Shown here: positions 58,000-64,000 of the stretch, one piece after another
Numbering within the stretch: the first letter of the stretch is position 1
Layout of the letters: each line of letters starts with the position of its first letter
DNA from: a virus
Lineage: Duplodnaviria; Caudoviricetes
Direction: 5' to 3' (one strand)
Virus record (IMG/VR): IMGVR_UViG_3300026077_000001
DNA: 64,000 bases
The notes under the pieces: model-generated
What the model saw: only the letters and a program-made list of their open reading frames with translations
What the model was told of the DNA's origin: nothing
Databases searched by the model: none
Made by a program: the position numbers and the translations under genes

Positions 58000-58329
58000 A
58001 TGAATCCCTTTAAAAAAATTGATAACGATACCTATCAAGATGATGCTGGTATTTTATACAAACCTATCCCTAATTACGAGGACTATTTTGTATCTAACGA
58101 AGGACAGATATATTCAACTAAGTGGGGTAAATGGAAGAAATTAAAGATACATTTAAACGAAAATGGATATAGACGTGTTACTTTAAGACAAAATGGTAAG
58201 ACAGTTGTAAGAAGATGTGCACGATTATGTGCTCTTGCTTATCATCCAGGCGGAACAGATTACCAGAACGTTATTCACATTGACAAAAACAAATTGAATG
58301 ACCAAAGTAATAATCTAAAATGGGTATAG
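58000..58329 (+). CDS. NUMOD4-HNH homing-endonuclease-like protein, probably degenerate
   Basis: PIPNYEDYFVSNEG, GYRRVTL, CARLCALAY, HIDKNKLN...NLKW. Confidence 0.75.
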   Translation: MNPFKKIDNDTYQDDAGILYKPIPNYEDYFVSNEGQIYSTKWGKWKKLKIHLNENGYRRVTLRQNGKTVVRRCARLCALAYHPGGTDYQNVIHIDKNKLNDQSNNLKWV

Positions 58330-58531
58330 TTTGTATTAGTTTTCCACACAATTTCCACAACTAAGTAATATTTTGTGGATTAAATAAATGGTTAAATAAA
58401 CATACTTTAGTGTTTTATATTGATGCTCTTAAATGTTATAAACCCCACGAGGAATAGCGGTGTTAGGAGTATATATAAGAACGGAACAGTTGTCAACACA
58501 TAGGGGACACACATATTTGTGTCACAAATGC

Positions 58532-58560
58532 TTGACATTTTTCCACAATTCGTTTATACT
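58532..58560 (+). promoter_or_regulatory. Sigma70 promoter
   Basis: TTGACA-N17-TATACT. Confidence 0.8.
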
Positions 58561-58603
58561 AACTGTATGAACACTAATTAACACAAACTCGCTCTAATTT
58601 CCA

Positions 58604-59082
58604 ATGGGAAGGACTTACAAACGTAACGACACGTATGTATCAAATAGACCAAAAAGTTTGAGAGAAAAGAGAAACAAATCAAAGCGTAATAAGACGCTTG
58701 ATTATAAACAATCCAACTCACAATCATTCCAGGAAACTAACACAAATGGACAAACAAATTAAACCCACTAATAGTAAAGAATGGGTGGAATATATGCTTG
58801 ATAATAGTGATAATCAAGACGCTAATCTGGTCGAGGTTAGTGATAGTTCATTTGGAGATTTGGATCTTGACTATACACATTCCCAGTAAATATGCAATCT
58901 ATTTGGATCTATTAGATGAGGGTAATTTGCCACCTGATGAACAAATAGACCTGGCACAGTTCTTAATAGATACTGACCTTAATAACCAGTTGCTTCAGTA
59001 TCAACAACTATGCGATTATTTCATTGCGGAAGGGTTATGTTATGACGTGCAATTTGAGGAGGAAAGTATTAACAACTCGTAG
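58604..59082 (+). CDS. Three small ORFs (58604-58762 basic MGRTYKRN..., 58746-58889, about 58850-59082)
   Basis: Hand translation and ORF track; third start uncertain. Confidence 0.55.
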
Positions 59083-59305
59083 CCCCACTATGTAACACAA
59101 ACTAGCACGTAATCGTGGAGACTAAGTGATACTAACTAGTGCACGCACTAAGTAACACAAATTAATCACGATTGCACTCACTAATTAACATTTTGCTTAT
59201 ATTAATTTTTGCACTAAGTGTAACCTACAAAAGTATAGGATGGCATATATTATCGAAATCGCAATAAATGGTACCTAGATATATAAAAAATTTCCCAGTA
59301 TAAAA

Positions 59306-59722
59306 ATGACCAAAAAGGTTCGCAAGAAATTAGAAGACCAGTACTACCACTACCTTGGCAGAGAATGGTCTAAGACTAAGGGTGGAGGTTGCTTCACCCT
59401 TCTTTATGATATGGGTAAGGACATTGGTTACCATACCTGCAAAGAAGACTACAGTTTCACCGCCAAAGAGTTCCTCAAAGACCTGTGGGAGGCAGAAGGG
59501 TGGTCTGTACTGAAAACATCAGAGATGGGAGAAGTCTTTGATATAGACGATCTGCAGAAGTTTGATATATTGGTGATGAGGTTGGATAAACGTCTCAATC
59601 ACTGTGCTGTATACCTAGGAGAAGGTTACTTATTACATCATCTAGCATTTGATGTCTCAAAGATAGAGTCTGTTCAATCCTATATACCGAAGACACTCTA
59701 CGTGATAAGAAAAGATGCATAG
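59306..59722 (+). CDS. NlpC/P60-family peptidase
   Basis: Cys (GGGCF), His (NHCAVYLG), His (LLHH) triad. Confidence 0.8.
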   Translation: MTKKVRKKLEDQYYHYLGREWSKTKGGGCFTLLYDMGKDIGYHTCKEDYSFTAKEFLKDLWEAEGWSVLKTSEMGEVFDIDDLQKFDILVMRLDKRLNHCAVYLGEGYLLHHLAFDVSKIESVQSYIPKTLYVIRKDA

Positions 59723-59879
59723 ATTTACCACTAAGATATTGGAGGATGACCATACAGGGGATCTGTACGTCATTCTACCAGACACTATATTCGCAGAAGC
59801 TGACTTAATGGCAGGTGATGAGGTAGAATATAGCGTAGATAACGAAACCATTTTATTGGAGAAAACCAACAATGAGTGA
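59715..59879 (+). CDS. AbrB/MazE-like small DNA-binding protein (54 aa, not in ORF track)
   Basis: GDLYVILPDTIFAEADLMAGDEVEYSVDNETILL swapped-hairpin pattern. Confidence 0.6.
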   Translation: MHRFTTKILEDDHTGDLYVILPDTIFAEADLMAGDEVEYSVDNETILLEKTNNE

Positions 59880-60217
59880 CTTTACTTCACAAGAGGAAAA
59901 ATTGTGTTATGATGCTGTTAGGTATTATCAAATGAACCACATTGGTCCTTTCAAACACGCAGCATACGAGACTTGCAACAGCATTCTCAGAAAACTCGAA
60001 CACACGCAACCCTATTATAATGAGCAAACAGTCGGAACCGCAGACTGAATGGACTGCTACGTTCACGAAGGAGGAACGTCAGTTAATATGCAACTCTGGC
60101 AAATGGTGTTTGTTATACAAGGCTGAGGTCTGTGGTGGCAAACCCCTTGAAAATGTACAGAGGATATGGAGAAGTATAAGAACAAAGTTGGAATCTGGTG
60201 ATGATTTCTTAGAGTAG
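59872..60217 (+). CDS. Two small ORFs (59872-60048, 60020-60217)
   Basis: Hand-translated, overlapping coupled ORFs. Confidence 0.5.
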
Positions 60218-60259
60218 TAAACCCCTTAAAACCCCTCCTCCGCCGAGCGACGCAACATT

Positions 60260-60775
60260 ATGGAGATTAATGATAGATTCTTAGATCCGTATGAATATGG
60301 ACAACTAAGAACGGCTATAGAAGCAGATACCTTCCCTTGGTACTATGGGAGGAAGACCAATCATATTGCCCAGATGTTTGATCCTGACTTAATTAAGAAG
60401 GAGAAGTATAACTGGCATATGTTTAACCTAATGTACTCTAATGGGGTTCCTATGACCCCTGAGTACGACCTTATACTAGGATTAATAAACAAGATTAAAC
60501 CGAGGGCAATTATACGAGTGAAGGCGAATATGACCCCAGTTGCGGATACTGTCCGTGAGTTTGAAATGCATAACGACATAAACGATGATAAAAAAGGGGA
60601 ATCAAAGACCTCAATCTACTATATAAATGATAACGATGGTTTTTCCTTATTTGAAGATGGTTCGAAAATTGAATCAGTAGGGAACAGGTTAGTAACATTT
60701 CCTGAGTCTATGATGCATTGCGGAACGACTTCAACTGACGAAAGACGTATTGTAATAAACTTAAACTACTTTTAA
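60260..60775 (+). CDS. 2OG-Fe(II) oxygenase
   Basis: MHND, YYINDNDG, MHCGTTST, RIVINLNY. Confidence 0.85.
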   Translation: MEINDRFLDPYEYGQLRTAIEADTFPWYYGRKTNHIAQMFDPDLIKKEKYNWHMFNLMYSNGVPMTPEYDLILGLINKIKPRAIIRVKANMTPVADTVREFEMHNDINDDKKGESKTSIYYINDNDGFSLFEDGSKIESVGNRLVTFPESMMHCGTTSTDERRIVINLNYF

Positions 60776-60777
60776 AA

Positions 60778-61335
60778 ATGCAAATGGATTGTTGTGTCAT
60801 TTGTGGCACCACTGAGAACCTACATCATCACCATATTATACAAAGGAATTCGAAACTAGCTGATGATATGATCGGCAAAGAGTATGAAGGTTCTACTATA
60901 GACAGGGATTGGATTAATAACCACCCACATAACCAGATTACAGTATGCGTCCCACATCATAAGTGGGTACACGGTTTGAGATATTCATTAAGAGACAAAG
61001 CTTGGTCTGAGAGTGTTAAAAGAGGTCAAGCAAAGGCAAGAGCAGAAGGTAGATTACCTGGTGCACCTAGACTTGCTGATGAGAAACGTGATATGATCTA
61101 TAAGATGTACGATGAAGGTAAGAAATGGATAGAGATTAGAGAAGAGGTAGGAGTAGGTTTTAACAGTATATCCAAATGCTTACGAGCTAGAGGAACGAAG
61201 CTTAATCGTATTAAGCGTGACTTCAATGATACGTATTGGGACGGTAAAGCAGACCTATGGTTTAAGGAAGAACAAGAAAGACTGAAGAAACCACGTATCA
61301 AGCGTGATTTCTCAGATTTAGCACTATTAAGTTAA
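60778..61335 (+). CDS. HNH endonuclease with C-terminal helix-turn-helix
   Basis: CVICG...HHHHII...NQITVC..HH..VH; resolvase-type HTH (IREEVGVGFNSISKCL). Confidence 0.7.
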   Translation: MQMDCCVICGTTENLHHHHIIQRNSKLADDMIGKEYEGSTIDRDWINNHPHNQITVCVPHHKWVHGLRYSLRDKAWSESVKRGQAKARAEGRLPGAPRLADEKRDMIYKMYDEGKKWIEIREEVGVGFNSISKCLRARGTKLNRIKRDFNDTYWDGKADLWFKEEQERLKKPRIKRDFSDLALLS

Positions 61336-61337
61336 TT

Positions 61338-61601
61338 ATGGAAATCCCTGAATTTGAATCATATGAAGCCGAATTGGAATGGAGGTTTGAAAGGATTGCT
61401 GAATCCATCAAGACTCTTGCCAAACAAGCTCAGTCTCACGAAGCGTTCTTAAAGCGTGGAGCAGAGATGATACAGTATAAGATACCAGGAACAGATAAGT
61501 ATTCTAATCTAAAAGAAGTGTTTGACGATCTATATGCCCGACTAAATAAGTTGGAGGTACATTACCTAAATGCCAGCTTACCTGATAGAGACAGGACGTA
61601 G
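61338..61601 (+). CDS. Hypothetical protein
   Basis: 87-aa ORF. Confidence 0.65.
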   Translation: MEIPEFESYEAELEWRFERIAESIKTLAKQAQSHEAFLKRGAEMIQYKIPGTDKYSNLKEVFDDLYARLNKLEVHYLNASLPDRDRT

Positions 61602-64000
61602 TTATCAGAATCCCGTAGATTCACACGAATACTCCCGTTCATATACAACTGAAGATCATCAAGCATTTGCCCAGTTCGGTCCTGGTGGGTATCAGATTAA
61701 GGTGGAAGGAAGTGGTCCTGGATCATATGAATTTGGAAAAGATGAAGTTTATTATATCGGAACACAGGTTGAGACTTGCGTTGCTAACTGTGATGCGGAA
61801 AGAAGACCTATATGGAGATGGTTCTCTTGTAGGAGAGTAGATCATACTTGGCATTACTTAAAAGAACTACCTGATAGCGTTCCTTTTAATCCTAGACGTT
61901 ATAATGCAGAACCTAGGAATAAGAGGGAGGTCTTTTATCTTTCAGAGAAGAGTCTGACTGGTAATCAAGAGTTATTCTTATTATATGACGCTGCAAACTT
62001 TAATAGTTATTTCTCTACAGTTAGTGGTGCTAGTACAGTAGCAGCATCATTTGATTCAAGTGGTAATCTAGTTTGTACAGGATCAGGTACCGCTACGATT
62101 ACATTTAACTTTAGTTGGAACGATAATCCTAGTACTGCTGGTACTGCATTAGGAACATATGCAATTCCTAGTCTGAATATATCATTTACTCAAAGTGGAA
62201 GGACTGGTACTGCAGTTCCACAGACTGCTACGATTACAGGTGGTCAAACATACAACTGTACCATTACTAATGGTAACTCAGCAGGGTTTACCTTACAAGA
62301 TAGTAATACTAAGATATGCTTTAAGGATGGAGACGGTAGTGATTGCAATGCTTCACTTACTACAGGTATACTTAATGACCCAGGTAACTCAGTTGCTAGT
62401 CTAGGACATATCTGGTCTTCATCTGCTGCAGCAGTCTCTGCAGGTGTAACACATCCTGGTGAGTCACTAATACCTCTGTATCATTATAAGAGGTTAGATA
62501 TCATCGATGATTTCTATACTACAGACCCAGCTAATGAGTACAACCTAGAGATGGACATTCCTGGTGTCCCTAACTGTAAGTTACCACTAGATCAGGCATA
62601 CAAGTATCAAGGTATATTGGGATATGTGTTCTCTAGAAATGCACCACGTAAGAAGAAGCAGGTTGTTGAATCAGGTAAACCTATCAATACTGGAGAGGTT
62701 TCTAGGTCAACTTGGTACGAATGGGATGAAGATGGAGGCTATGGAGAGGAAGATTATAACGAACAATCACCCCCTGCAAGCACTTTAGGTTGGGGAAACC
62801 CCGATAATGCCGAATTAATCGATGAAAAAGGCAATTTTGAGTGGTATTATGGCAAAAATGGTGCTGTAAAGGCAGCTTTACCCCGATTTTTGGGTTTTCA
62901 CGACGCTTTTGAGGGTCAATTCGTGTATTATTTGTATGATACCGTATTTCCCTTCTCTGGACCCATATATGGCATCAATTTGATCACTACTGATGCACCT
63001 TGTAATCCGTCTACTGCTGACTGTCCACACGACCCGCATACAACTTACCACTCTTATTACTATCAGATGCGTCAAGATGCGTGGGTGACCCAAAAAACAC
63101 ATATTGCAGTCGATGCACCAGCTGGAAGTGGTCTTCAAGAGTCATTTTGGGCTGTAGGAACCGATGATTTGATGATATTCTTCCGATATACGAACGAAGA
63201 TGGGTTCTATACGGTTGGAGAACAGATAAATGGTTGGTTGATCCAAAGTGTAAGGTATTTTGGTGATGAATTAAGATGTGGTTATATGAGATTACAACCT
63301 ATAGCAGGTCAAAATGGCAATACTTTCCAATATCAACAGACATTTAACTCTGATAATGGAGCAATTGCTTCAATTTTAGCTGGATATGGTATAAAAGACA
63401 AAGCGTGTTTCTTTGGAGTATATGAATTTCCAAAGAAATTGTCGTATTATAAGGTAGAAATTGATAATGAAGCACAGATACCCAAAAGAGATTTTGATGA
63501 AGCTATACTAGAAGCAACAGTTAATGATGCAGGACAAATAGGATCTATTGAAATCATCAATGGTGGTAGAGATTATACTAACCCACAGGTGGTTATTTCT
63601 ATTCCTGACCTTGCAAGACAAGAAGGATACTCTGATACTGCGTCTCATATACCAGAAACCTTCGAAGATAACGTATCTGGAGAGATTGCAATCAGTTATC
63701 AGACTAATGATGACTTTAAAGAGGCAGGTTATGATGCTACAAACGTTGCAGGTAACGTAAAAAATCAACAATATATCACTGAAGCTGGATATACTGGTAA
63801 TATTAAGCAAGCAGAAGCGACTGTTACTATAGATGCATTAGGTTGTGTCAAGACAGTAACCATTGCTGACCCAGGTGCTGGTTATCAACCTGGTGAAGAA
63901 GTACAGATCTCTGTAGTACAACGTGATAAAAAGACTCGTAGTGACTCATATGTTGCTGAAAGTGCTGTAGGACTTGAAGAAGAATTGGATAGATCACTAA
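61570..64000 (+). CDS. Large virion structural protein (baseplate-wedge-initiator-like), 3-prime truncated by the window; absent from ORF track
   Basis: MPAYLIETGRSYQNPVDSH...; the frame appears open to the window end (810 codons); GRDY/GAGY repeats. Confidence 0.75.
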   Translation, partial: MPAYLIETGRSYQNPVDSHEYSRSYTTEDHQAFAQFGPGGYQIKVEGSGPGSYEFGKDEVYYIGTQVETCVANCDAERRPIWRWFSCRRVDHTWHYLKELPDSVPFNPRRYNAEPRNKREVFYLSEKSLTGNQELFLLYDAANFNSYFSTVSGASTVAASFDSSGNLVCTGSGTATITFNFSWNDNPSTAGTALGTYAIPSLNISFTQSGRTGTAVPQTATITGGQTYNCTITNGNSAGFTLQDSNTKICFKDGDGSDCNASLTTGILNDPGNSVASLGHIWSSSAAAVSAGVTHPGESLIPLYHYKRLDIIDDFYTTDPANEYNLEMDIPGVPNCKLPLDQAYKYQGILGYVFSRNAPRKKKQVVESGKPINTGEVSRSTWYEWDEDGGYGEEDYNEQSPPASTLGWGNPDNAELIDEKGNFEWYYGKNGAVKAALPRFLGFHDAFEGQFVYYLYDTVFPFSGPIYGINLITTDAPCNPSTADCPHDPHTTYHSYYYQMRQDAWVTQKTHIAVDAPAGSGLQESFWAVGTDDLMIFFRYTNEDGFYTVGEQINGWLIQSVRYFGDELRCGYMRLQPIAGQNGNTFQYQQTFNSDNGAIASILAGYGIKDKACFFGVYEFPKKLSYYKVEIDNEAQIPKRDFDEAILEATVNDAGQIGSIEIINGGRDYTNPQVVISIPDLARQEGYSDTASHIPETFEDNVSGEIAISYQTNDDFKEAGYDATNVAGNVKNQQYITEAGYTGNIKQAEATVTIDALGCVKTVTIADPGAGYQPGEEVQISVVQRDKKTRSDSYVAESAVGLEEELDRSL

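Noticed and set aside
62195-63810. Small track ORFs at the window end
   Set aside because: They lie inside the long open frame starting at 61570, which the track omitted because it has no stop in the window.

Overview
This is 64 kb of an AT-rich T4-like cyanomyovirus genome, probably infecting Prochlorococcus or marine Synechococcus. It contains T4 core genes (nrdC-like glutaredoxin, thyX, phoH, gp33, gp32, gp53, gp48, gp4, gp2, gp54, gp26/gp51, gp5), cyanobacterial auxiliary genes (cp12, two cpeT-like lyases, ho1, an outer-membrane beta-barrel), a tail-fibre block, an array of 2 flavin-dependent halogenases with many 2OG-Fe(II) oxygenases, and an early-gene region of small ORFs. Main hunt results: (1) I found no CATG anywhere in the window by manual reading, against roughly 200 expected. 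(2) The early region encodes a PvuII-fold endonuclease with intact catalytic spacing, near an N4C/N6A methyltransferase and an SF2 helicase. Together these suggest a phage that cuts host DNA at a site it has purged from its own genome (hypothesis). (3) gp26 ends on a dnaX-like -1 frameshift signal that would fuse it to gp51, like the lambda G/GT tail chaperones. (4) A 22-bp palindrome sits 29-32 nt upstream of nine sigma70-like -10 boxes. (5) Four promoter-proximal structured RNA candidates are present, one with a perfect tRNA T-arm. All product calls come from motif recognition and gene order, not database searches.
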